A stretch of 64,000 nt of DNA from Squalus acanthias (lineage: Eukaryota): contig CM059433.1 in NCBI GenBank assembly GCA_030390025.1, forward strand, positions 10,170,001-10,234,000. The letters are read 5' to 3'. The notes under the pieces were generated by a model. That model was not told the origin of the DNA. It saw nothing but the letters and a program-made list of their open reading frames with translations, and made no database searches. Positions within the stretch are counted from its first letter, which is position 1; each line of letters starts with the position of its first letter. A program made the position numbers and the translations under genes. Below are positions 1 to 10,212 of the stretch, in pieces.

Positions 1-269
1 TAACTAAAACCAGCAACTGAGCAAGGCTGATGCTGGGATCTTAAAGATGAATTGCTGAGTTCCGTTATTCTGTTAGATAGAGGCTCATAACTTTGCTTTG
101 GATTTGTCATTTGTCAACATTTTTTTGCCCCCTAATTTGGAGGCTCCTAGCTTCATTTGAAAGTCTCGCTCAAGACTGTTTCTCGCTTGGGGGAATGTCC
201 CTAAAATGACGGGGAAGGATGCAAAATGTTTTTGCCCGCCCGTAGGGATTCCCAACTTTATCATTTATT

Positions 270-450
270 TGTTAGAGGAAGAAGATGAAGAGGAACAGCA
301 GGCAACTTAGGAAGCCAGTGTTATAAGACAGCACCACAGGAGACTTAGAGCTTCCTATAGAAATCCAGCCACCAGGGTGTATAGCCTCTGATCACTCCTG
401 AACAATATCCATGTGTCAGGAGGCCTCTGTGTTATGTGGGTCATGTGCAG
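270..450 (+). pseudogene. Possible highly degraded N-terminal fragment of a Harbinger (HARBI1-like) transposase
   Basis: Acidic run EEEDEEEQQ, then ...RNPATRVY... and ...EQ.CVRR.L, resembling the [24 protein letters not shown] segment of the transposase at 23906-22376. Contains stops and frameshifts. Confidence 0.3.
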
Positions 451-630
451 AAGTTCCTGGAGTTTCCACTCACTCCAGGTTGCTCTGCAGAGAACCTCTC
501 TCTAATAGTACTGCAAATGATGACATTGCCGCACATCTTTGGAGAGTCCCTGCGGTGCCTCCGTACGGCTCTGATGCTCTGCAAATATTTGTCTTTTCAC
601 GTCAGAACCTCTGAGATCTGAATGTTTATC

Positions 631-832
631 TGTGAGAAGTCGCACAACACCAGGTTATAGTCCAACAGTTTTATTTGAAATCACAAGCTTTCGTAGCGCT
701 GCTCCTTCGTCAGGTGAAGAAGCAGCCGCTCCGAAAGCTTGTGATTTCAAATAAAACTGTTGGACTATAACCTGGTGTTGTGCGACTTCTCACATTTGTC
801 CACCCCAGTCCAACACCGGCATCTCCGCATCA
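631..832. mobile_element. Short Penelope-like retroelement (PLE) insertion with inverted 5' half
   Basis: 63-bp perfect inverted repeat (631-693 / 732-794); 12-bp TSD TGAATGTTTATC (619-630 / 833-844). Same family at 8631, 46685, 49557 and 60252. Confidence 0.8.
681..717 (-). ncRNA. Minimal type I hammerhead ribozyme motif
   Basis: Minus strand reads UCAC-CUGACGA-A-GGAGC-agc-GCUAC-GAAA-GC-UU-GUGA; one mismatch in stem II. Confidence 0.7.
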
Positions 833-2124
833 TGAATGTTTATCAGTCATGGTCTGACATCTCCTAAGCCTCTACTCGGGTACATCATGCTCCGCCTCCA
901 AAGTCTCATCCTCTGGCCTTTGTTGTGAGTTGTGAATCACTCTATATCAATTCCTCACACAGTCTATCTGTATTGCCCAGGTTAACCTATCTGGGCTGGT
1001 GTGTGCAAATGTTAGGGCCATGATGTAGTGGGCCAATTTCTGCCCACTACACCACTTAGTGCCAAGATGTTGAAGGTTTTGGCATTGATTCTTTCTCTCT
1101 CTCTCTCTCTAAGCAGCATCTTTCTTGCTTCGAGCTTCTGTGGAGATAAGAAGATTGAAAAACAGGATGAGTTTCCCGCCTGTCTATTTTTTCCTGCCTG
1201 TTAGGCTCATGAAAGGAACTCCTCAGTGTATTAACCTCAAAAAAGGCAAACCATTTCTGATAGTTGATTATTATCACCGTCAGCACAAACCGTCTGTGGG
1301 TCCAGGCCCTCCCATATCTCCATCCCCCACAGCATTAACTGAGTGAATTCCCAGCATTTGCTTCGCCTCTTCCTGCTGTTCCTCTTCCTGTAACCTGCCC
1401 TTCTGAGGAAATGAGCGTAATCTTTTGCTGCAACAGCTGGGTACAAAGCAATACCCAGCTATTATCAAATTTTAAAATCAATTGTACATAAATAGATTGA
1501 ATGATGATTATTACTATTTACATAGAATTACATAGAATCTTACAGCACAGAAACAGCCCATTCTGCCCATCTGCTCCGTGCCGGTGTTTATACTCCACAC
1601 GAGCCTCCTCCCACCTTACTCTATCTCACCCTATCAGCATATCCTTCGATTCCTTTCTCCCTCACATGCTTATCCAGCTTCCCCTTAAATGCATCTTTAC
1701 TATTCAACTCAACCACTCCCTGTGGTAATAAGTTTCACATTCTCACCACTCTCTGAGTAAAGAAGTTTCTGCTGAATTAATTATTGGATTTAGATCGAAC
1801 CCCTTTCATAATTTTAAAGAGCTCTTTCAGGTCACCTTTCAGTCTTCTCTTTTCAAGAGAAAAGAGCCCTCTCAGTTCTGGTATCATCCTTGTAAATCTT
1901 TTTTTTTGCATTTTTCCAGTGCTTCTGTACTCTTGTTGTAATATGGAGACCAGAAATGTGCACAAGTGTGGTCTCACCAAGGTTCCACATAAGTTCCTCT
2001 AGAAATGAACCGCAGTGCTTTGTTTGTACTTTTTATAGCTTTATTAACCTGTGTTGCTACTTCTAATGATTGGTGAATTTGTACCCCTAGGTCCCTCTGT
2101 GCCTCTACCCCATTTAGACTCTTA

Positions 2125-3086
2125 GGGGTAAAGATTCGGTTGCTTTGCGCCTCGGGGTGCTAATGGGGCGCAAAGCAACTTGCATCTGGGCACGGCGCCG
2201 CTAATGCCTCCCGCGAAATTCAGCGGGAGGTTAGCGGCGGCGGTAGCCGGTAGCGCCCCGCGGCGCTGCGCCTCCGGCGATGATGTCATCACCGTGCGCA
2301 GCGCCCCGGCCGCAAACTTGGCTCGCGCCCCCTGACCTACCGCTGGACGCTATGTCCGACAGGGTCAGGGGGGCGTTTTTGCGGCCAGGGTGACGATAAT
2401 TAAAGGGCAGGTGCCGGGCGGCCATTTTTTGGGGGGCCGCCTGCCAGCACCTGCTCCCTCTCACCTCCTCCTCCTGCGGGGTGCCGGCCGCGATCGGTCA
2501 GCCTGACACCCCTCTTGAGTGCCGGGCTCTTTTGCCTGCACCCCGCTCCCCGGTGGTTCAGCAGGGCCCCGGTGCGCGCTGCGCTAGGCCCCTCCCCTTT
2601 AATCAGGGGGGGGGAGGCCTGCAGTACCGCGGCGCTACGTGCCAACGCACGTGACGCTGCTGCACGTAATGCCACGATATTCAATGGGAGCGCCCCAAGA
2701 GGGAGGGGGAGCGCTTCCAGTAGCGCCCTGCCTCCTGCTTGGGGCGCTACCATTGAACTTCGGGAACGGGGGCGCTAACCTTTTCGGGGTGCTAAAAGTA
2801 GCGCCCCGGCAAAGCTGTCGCCCCAAAGGGGACGCGAGTTAATTTCCCCCCTGACATAAGAAAACTACTAGGCACTTGGTCTAAGCATTAAACAAAGCTT
2901 TAATCAACTGTTTTTCAACATGGAGGTCTAGTTATGTCCTTCACTAGTTCCTGTTAAAGAATGTCCTGAGCAAGCTGGGCCCATGCCCGAGTATTTATAC
3001 TCTCCCTGGACAGCGCCACCAGCAGGTCGCCCAGTATTATTTCATAAGTCATTTCCACATGAATGACAAGATTCATGTCGTACCCC
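2125..3086. mobile_element. GC-rich PIF/Harbinger-type MITE with a solo LTR in its right terminus
   Basis: GGGGTA...TACCCC termini; TSD TTA (2122-2124 / 3087-3089); second copy at 49633-50405; many (T)AGCGCCCC/GGGGCGCTA motifs. Confidence 0.8.
2852..3080 (-). mobile_element. Solo LTR (229 bp)
   Basis: TGACA...TGTCG ends; about 10 differences from the copy at 36165-36393; TATAAATA and ATTAAA on the minus strand. Confidence 0.75.
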
Positions 3087-4100
3087 TTATTTTCCAAGGA
3101 GTAGGTGGCCTCCTTACTACTAAAATGCACCACCTCACACTTATCCACATTGAAATTCATTTGCCATTTGCACGCCTATTCTGCAAATTTATTAACGTCT
3201 GCTTGTATTTTATCACAGCCTTCCTCAGTATTAACTATACATTTATAAATAAATTTACATTTATTTTAAGCAGTATTAACGATGGAAATGGCAATTTCAA
3301 ATGCAAGCAGTTCCAGGCTAACTCTTAAAAGAAATAAAGCTATCATCTTCTCCTGTTTTATGAGCTTCTGAATGCTGTCAATAACTAGCTTGGCAAACTA
3401 CGTCCCACAAACTGCTTCCATATGTCGCAAGTACATTGCTAATCCTTCAGTAGAACACTGAGTATACCACAAAGTATCTGAAAATTGTTCCAAAACATGC
3501 AGACTGATGACTGATACATTGATACACGTGACAACAAGTATCTCTCGGGCCAAAACACCACCGGGGGTGAAATTGGGCTCTGTAGCACCCGTTTTTTTTT
3601 GTGGCTGCTACGAGGCCTCTTAAACTACGAAAATGGCACCCGCGACACGCGCGCGCGCGCACGCTTCTGACGCGAAGTGCGCCGGACGACATCTTTGCAA
3701 AGGGGTTTGCGCGCGCGCCTCTAACGACCGCCGGCAGCACGCAGAGCAGGCAGATCCCTATTTAACGCCAGCGCTGCCAGTTTGGAGCTCCACGCTCCAG
3801 CCTACGCCCTCTCTGAACCTCGCACAGCTGAACATGACACGATACGGCATGAAGGAGCCCCCCGCCAGCGCTATTTAAAGGGGTCATGAACTGCTGACAG
3901 GTTAGTTGCTGGATTATTTCCTCTGGCTGTTGTTGCGGCTGCTTTTCCATACTTATTAAAAGTTTCAATTGTTTACAGTTAGTTGCCTGTCTGGTGCTGA
4001 AGTACTCTTTGGTGACTTAAAGGCTTGTGCACAAACCAATTGCTTTCAGAGATGGGTGGCCTAGTAGGGCTTCCTCTTGTCATTGAGCATGACTGGGAGA

Positions 4101-4694
4101 ATCACCCCTGTGCTCGCTGGCTCCCGGTTCAGCAACGCCTTGATTTTAAAATTCTCATCCTTGTTTTCAAGTCCCCCCATGGCCTCCTCGCCCCTCCCTA
4201 TCTCTGTAATCTCCTTCAGCCCCACAACCCCCCCGAGATATCTGCGCTCCTCTAATTCTGCCCTCTTGAGCATCCCTGATTTTAATCGCTCCACCATTGG
4301 TGGCCGTGCCTTCTGCTGCCGAGGACCTAATCTCTGGAGTTCCATCCCTAAAGCTCTCCATCGCTCCACCTCTCTTTCCTCCTTTAAGATGCTCCTTAAA
4401 ACCTACCTCTTTGACCATCTGCCCTAATCAATGATCCCCCTCATTTTGTTTTGAATGTGCGGTCCCTTTAACGGGCTGCACGGCCCATTCAAAATGTCAC
4501 GCATGTGTGAAATCTCCAATTGAAAAGCAGGTAAGCGGCTTGCGTGGGACCTCCAGACAGTTTAATGGCAACATTGGCCCTAATATCTCCTTTTGTGGCT
4601 CAGTGTCAAATTTGCTTTGATCACGCTTCTGTGAAGCGCCTTGGGACATTTTATTACTTTAAAGGCGCTGTATAGATACAAGTTGTTGTTGTTG
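4101..4694 (+). mobile_element. L2-like LINE 3' fragment nested in the Harbinger element
   Basis: WLPVQQRLDFKIL and GGRAF...LWSSIP...SSFKMLLKTYLF ORF2 C-terminal motifs; (GTT)n tail. Confidence 0.8.
4429..4576. mobile_element. 148-bp hAT-like MITE
   Basis: 8-bp TSD GCCCTAAT (4421-4428 / 4577-4584); termini CAATGATCCC / (rc) CAATGTTGCC. Confidence 0.6.
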
Positions 4695-5608
4695 AGGCCA
4701 CTCAGAGCATGACAAGCTGCTAGAAGAGGGAGGAGAAGGAGTGGGAGAAGGGCTCTCAGCAGGAGGCCATATCCGTCGAGGGTCTTTAGGAAGCAGATCT
4801 GTTGGAGAACAGATTGCTGCAGTGCTGCGACGCCTTGGAAGCCCCTTTGCACACTGGTATCCAGAGCATGATGACAGCAGTCTGAGCTTCCACTGCAGCA
4901 CTCAGACGTTGGGTGGATGCCGCTCGTGTTGCAATGGAAGCTGAGACATCGGCCATCAGACGCTGCACCATGGTTGGCTCCACAGGTGTGTTGATGGAGG
5001 TGGCCACCTGTTCCATGTTGGAAAGAATGGCTCCAAGCTCTGCGCAAAGCCCTGTCCCAAGTTGGTTCCCAGCTCCTCCATGCTCCTTGACATTGAATGC
5101 AGGCTTTCCGGCAGGCTTCTCAGTGCACCAAGCATTGGGGTGTGTACACCCATCAGCCTTCTTCTGTAGCCTGGCCCACTGAAGTCCTCATCTGAGACCT
5201 CTGCAGCAGAACTAGTGTGCGACCTCGCCCTCTGGCGAGCTGGCACCTGCGCTATCCTTTCCCCCAGCCCTGGCTCCAGCGCACTTGTGCCCGGTGTCTC
5301 ACCACGTGCAGATCCCGCCTCTAAACTATCCTCAAAATTACGCGCAGTGTCAGTATCTGAGCTGGTGGCTGCGACTGTGAAATCGAGTGATGGTGTCCCT
5401 TCATCTTCTCTGTCTTCCTGCTCCTCCTCCACTGCTGCAGCAGCTGCCAGTTCTGAAATGAAAAAGGGGACAAGGGTTGGGCTGTGGTGAGGGGAGAGCA
5501 GAAAGTAAGAATTGCGTGCTTACACCATCTGCAGCTTGTACGTCAGAAGAGATTGAGGGATGAGGGAGAAGTGGGATGAGAGAAGGAGGATTAGGTATGC
5601 AGACACCC

Positions 5609-5953
5609 GGTTTGGATAGGCTAGACGGAGAAAGGCTGTTCCCACTAGTTGTTGGTACAAGGACTAGGGGACACAGATTTAAGGTTTTGGGCACGAGATA
5701 CAGGGGGGACGTGAGGAAAAACTTTTTTTACGCAGCGAGTGGTGAGGACCTGGAACTCGCTGCTGACGGAAGTGGTGGAAGCGGAGACACTCAATGTTTT
5801 CAAGGGGAGACTGGATAGGCACTTGAGGGAAATAAACTTGCAGGGCTACGGGGATAGAGCGGGGGAGTGGGACTGACTGGATTGCTCTACAGAGAGCTGG
5901 CACGGACTCGATGGGCTGAATGGCCTCCTTCTGTGCCGTTTTGACTCTATGAC
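5609..5953 (+). mobile_element. CR1 LINE 3' fragment
   Basis: GLDRLDGERLFPL..TRTRGHRFK motif; 3' UTR with (GACTCTAT) tail; same subfamily as 53335-53706. Confidence 0.85.
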
Positions 5954-6631
5954 CCTCATCTTCAATGGCTTCAACCCTGCCAGTGGCCACAGCCTCAGCA
6001 GTGGCCCTTCCCATAAAAGCCAGCACTGTCTCCGCCATGGGGGTTAAAAGATGCGGGCGTGCCTCTCCCCCTCCCGTTAATTCCTGCTGCCTCCTGTTGT
6101 GTGCGGCACTTGCCCCTGCAAGAAAGTGTGAAGTGTGTCAGTGAGTGTCAGCAATATGGGTGATGTGGCTGCCATGGCTGAATAGCTGCCAGTGTGCAGT
6201 CTTTGAGATGTGGGTACGAGGCTTGCAACAGTGCGAATTGTGAAATTGCTGGAAATAGGGAAAACAGAATAGGGGTTATGAGCTTAAAAATAAAAGATTT
6301 TTTGCATTCTGAAACCTATGTTCTAAATAGTAATTAATTATTCACCAGTTTGGTGATCAAAATTCAAAACATGACACAAAGAATCAAGCTTGAATCACCA
6401 CTGGCTTGACAGCGCAACATCTTAGTGTACATAAACTCATTTATGGTCCCCTGTCTAGAAATATTTTGACAACAGTAATTTGAAGAGAGTCATCCTTAAC
6501 CAAAACCAATTTTATCTGCGGTGAAGTTACTTTATCAATTAAATGCACAGTTGATCAATCTGCATCGGTGAATTCTATTTATCAATACCACTGCCCTATC
6601 ATTGGGTGCATAACATCAAGTCATCAATGAA

Positions 6632-7593
6632 GAATGGGGTTCCGCAGGGCTCAGTACTAGGTCCCCTTGCTTTTTGTGGTATATATCAATGATTTAGAGT
6701 TCAATGTAGGAAGTATGATTAAGAAGTTTGCAGATGATACTAAAATCGGCTGTGTGGTTGATAATGAAGAAGAAAGCTGTAGACTGCAGGACGATATCAA
6801 TGGCAAATGGAATTCAATCCGGAGAAGTGTGAGGTAATGCGTTTGGGGAGGGCTAATAAGGCAAGAGAATACACATTAAATGGTAGGACACTGAGAAGTG
6901 TAGAGGAACAAAGGGACCTTGGAGTGCATGTCCACAGATCCCTGAAGGTAGCAGGCCAGGTAGATAAGGTGGTTAAGAAGGCATACGGAATACTTGCCTT
7001 TATTAGCCGAGGCATAGAATACAAGAGCAGGGAGGTTATGCTTGAACTGTATAAAGCACTAGTTAGGCCACATTACAGGAAAGATGTGATTGCACTAGAG
7101 AGGGTACAGAGAATATTTACGAGGATGTTGCTGGGAGTAGAGAATTTTAGCTATGAGGAAAGATTGGATAGGCTGGGGTTTGTTTTCTTTGGAACAGAGG
7201 AGGCTGAGGGGAGACCTTATTGAGGTATATAAAATTATGAGGGGCCTAGATAGAGTGGATAGGAAGGACCTATTTCCCTTAGCAGAGGGGTCGATAACCA
7301 GGGGGCACAGATTTAAAGTAACTGGTCGAAGGTTTAGAGGCGATTTGAGGGGAAATTTCTTTACCCAGAGGGTGGTGGGGGTCTGGAACTCGCTGCCTGA
7401 AAGGGTGGTAGAGGAAGAAACACTCACCACATTTAAAAAATGCTTGGATGTGCACTTGAAGTGCTGTAACCTACAGGGCTACGGACCAAGAGCTGGAAAG
7501 TGGGATTAGGCTGGATAGCTCTTTGTCAGCCGGCACGGACACGATGGGTCGAAATGGCCTCCTTCCGTGCTGTAAATTTCTATGATTCTATGA
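6632..7593 (+). mobile_element. CR1 LINE ORF2 3' part (RT C-terminus) and 3' UTR, frameshifted
   Basis: GVPQGSVLGP, KFADDTK, MEFNPEKCEV, RRLRGDLIEVYK, FFTQRVV..WNSLP; (CTATGATT)n tail. Confidence 0.9.
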
Positions 7594-8630
7594 AAAGCAT
7601 CACCACCGCACCAGGGATTTATTGGATTGAACAGTAAATCCTTGGGGACTGCTATTGATTAAAGATATGGAGATTGCTGTCACCCATCAAACATATTTTC
7701 TTAGCAACAAGAAAGAAAAATAGGCCTTACTTGCTGGGTTATTGAAACCATCAAACTTTTTTGGCACGATTGGTGACAACTTAAGTATAATCTCCAGTTG
7801 TGAAATGCAAACTTATCCTTGTGGCTTGTTCTAAATTGTGATTACCAAATTGGAGAAACCATGAATTCATGTTTGGTACACACAAGATGTAGGTTGTTGG
7901 AATAAACATTTTTCCCTTGAGCGTCGATGACCCCCATTTTGACCTTAGATGTTCCCCTTTCAGAAAGCCACTTTAATATTGCAGTTTCCTCACTCCCAAC
8001 ATGAAGGTACTAAGGAATTAAATGTGAGTGGGGTCATCATTCCAATAAACCTTGCGAGACTCTCTGGGGCTGATTCAGGGGAATCTAACATAGCTGTGGA
8101 GAGTGCTGACGTCTTCATAATCTTTTTGTTTTTGCACAGTTTCGAAGATGACTAATCTCACTGTACAATATTTAGAAGCCTGGTCTGTGTTGCGTTTGCC
8201 AAACCTGACAGGCATGATGGGAGGAGCGCAGAATTGACCGCCACAACCTGGGCTAAGCGGGCGAGGGGGGCGGGGTGGGGGAGGAGCGGGGGTGGAGTTG
8301 GTGGCGGGAGAAATCATTGTGGTTCACATTCCTGATTGTTATCCAGCAACCCTGAGCTGTAGAGCTTCATGTGAAGGCCAGATCACGCTCAGCTACAATA
8401 TCCTCCTACAATCCAGTATATAAGATCCTGAGGGGTCTGGACAGGGTGGATGTGGAGAGGTTGTTTCCTCTTGTGGGAGAATCTAGAACTAAGGGTCACT
8501 GTTTAAAAATAAGGGGTCGCTCATTTAAGACACAGATGAGGAGAATTTTTTTCTCACAGAGGGTCGTGAGTCTTTGGAACTCTCTTCCTCAGAGGGCGGT
8601 GGAAGCAGAGTCTTTGAATATTTTTTTAAG

Positions 8631-8812
8631 TGAGAAGTCGCACAACACCAGGTTATAGTCCAACAGCTTTATTTGAAATCACAAGCTTTCGGAGCGCTGC
8701 TCCTTCGTCAGGTGAAGTGAAGAAATATGAAGAAATGGACTATAACCTGGTGTTGTGCGACTTCTCACTTTTGTCCACCCCAGTCCAACACCGGCATCTC
8801 CGCATCATGGCC
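8631..8812. mobile_element. Short PLE insertion with inverted 5' half
   Basis: Same family as 631-832; imperfect TSD AATATTTTT(TT)AAG on both sides. Confidence 0.75.
8679..8715 (-). ncRNA. Minimal type I hammerhead ribozyme motif
   Basis: UCAC-CUGACGA-A-GGAGC-agc-GCUCC-GAAA-GC-UU-GUGA; all core residues present, stems I and II perfect. Confidence 0.8.
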
Positions 8813-9194
8813 AATATTTTTAAGGCAGAGGTAGATAGATTCTTGATAAGCAAAGGGGGTGAAAGGTTATCGGGGGTATGTGGAGTAATCAGATCAGCCA
8901 TGATCTGATTGAATGGCGGAGCAGGTTCGAGGGGCCGAGTGGCTTACTCTTGCTCCTAATTCGTATGTTCATATGTATGTTAAAACCTTACCCTTTAGGC
9001 TCACACATGAGGAGAGGGTACAAAACCAAGACACTGGTGAGTCAAAGTCATCCATGGACCTTTATTACATGTATGAAACTCCACTTCAAGAGAAGGGGGT
9101 AAGGGTAAAGAAAGAACGTTGAAGGAGAAGAAAATAGTGAATGATATTCTTCAGTATCAGCCAGCAAAATAAATTCTGTCAATTCGTGATAGCC

Positions 9195-9480
9195 CAGTAT
9201 ATTGTATTCACTGCTCATAGTGTGATCTCCTCTACACTGGGGAGACCAAACACAGATTGGGTGATTGCTTGGTGACTGGCTCCTTTCTGTCCACATGTGT
9301 TGTCCTGATCTGTCTGTAGTTCATCATTTTAACTTCCATTCCCCCCACCCAAATCCTACTCTGACCTCTCTGTCTTTTGGCCTCCTATACTGTTCTAACC
9401 GAGCTAGTTTCAGGAACAGTATCTCATTTTAATCCTGTGTACCGCTGCAGCCGAGAACTGAACTGAACATTGGCTTTAAT
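9195..9480 (+). pseudogene. Penelope-like GIY-YIG endonuclease relic
   Basis: Translates as VYCIHCS*CDLLYTGETKHRLGDCL... then V.HHFN, DLSV.GLLYCSN, EQYLI; matches the PLE C-terminal endonuclease pattern. Confidence 0.65.
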
Positions 9481-10212
9481 GACTTGAGACCTTATCTATA
9501 GCCCTCCCCCTGTTCATTAAAAAAGGATGGCTCTGTCGAAGTCTGGGGGAGTGGAGACAGATTTTCATTTTGGGTGTAGACCCTTCATCGGAGAGGGTAT
9601 GGAAGGGTGGGGCGGGGGGGGGAGGGGGAGGGGACAGTGGGCGGTGGGTGGGCGGACGGGGGGGTGGGAGTGTGGGAATGGGGGGGTGGGGGGTTGGGAA
9701 ACATGTCTGCACTTGGTGTGCCGACCTGCTTTTCTCTTTTCTGGACTAGTGGACCCGCTCAGACTTTTCATTTTCATTTTCAACATCCTGCATTTGCCTT
9801 TTTATTTTTTCAATTTTCCCTGGTTTTTTGCCTTTTTACATTGCGACAGCCTTTTCATCATTCCTTTTTCAGTCAATTCTTTTCATCCTCTTAGTGATTT
9901 ACATGTTCTTTGAGCATTTTTTATGACGGCTTTATTGAAATGGCCTTTATCATCAAAAGTTCTCTGCTTTTCTATTCTGTAGTTTGCAGATTATTCAACC
10001 CATCAACCTTCTCTCTCTGACTGAGGTATCTGTCAATGGAAAAGATAATTGGGCAGAGTGTAACAGGGGCTGTCGATGTGCTATTGCCCGTTTTGCGCAA
10101 CCGCCCAAGGCGGATTTCACCCCCTAAGAATGAAGCACACTCTAAAATACACTGTACGGTAGTAAAACATCTCTAGGTTGAGCTATTGTCAATAAACCAC
10201 TGAACCACCATC

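Larger units (their letters stand above)
1520..3240 (-). mobile_element. Degraded CR1-type LINE 3' fragment, split by the MITE at 2125-3086
   Basis: Minus ORFs KRFTRMIPELRGLFSLEKRRLKGDL and MNFNVDKCEVVHF; (CATAGAAT)n-type tail at ~1520. Sequence rejoins across a TTA duplication. Confidence 0.8.
3563..6245. mobile_element. Harbinger deletion derivative (family B, copy 1; right end missing)
   Basis: Starts GGGGGTGAAATTG, collinear with 12726-14278. Transposase N-terminus on + (MGGLVGLPL...RRPYPSRVFR, split by L2) is fused to Myb/SANT-partner exons on - (6115-5954, 5452-~4790). Confidence 0.75.
8417..8980 (+). mobile_element. CR1 LINE 3' fragment interrupted by a PLE insertion
   Basis: YKILRGLDRVD...FFSQRVVSLWNSLP; continues after 8812. 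Confidence 0.85.

Noticed and set aside
3011..3030. CTCF-like motif in the solo LTR (CAGCGCCACCAGCAGG)
   Set aside because: Mismatches at informative consensus positions; cannot be supported without a PWM scan or ChIP.
6245..8210. Possible ancient L1/Tx1 or viral relic in the AT-rich sequence flanking the CR1 (minus-strand DV.YAPND-like stretch near 6600)
   Set aside because: Only one weak frameshifted motif, and all frames I translated have many stops. A tBLASTx search would be needed.
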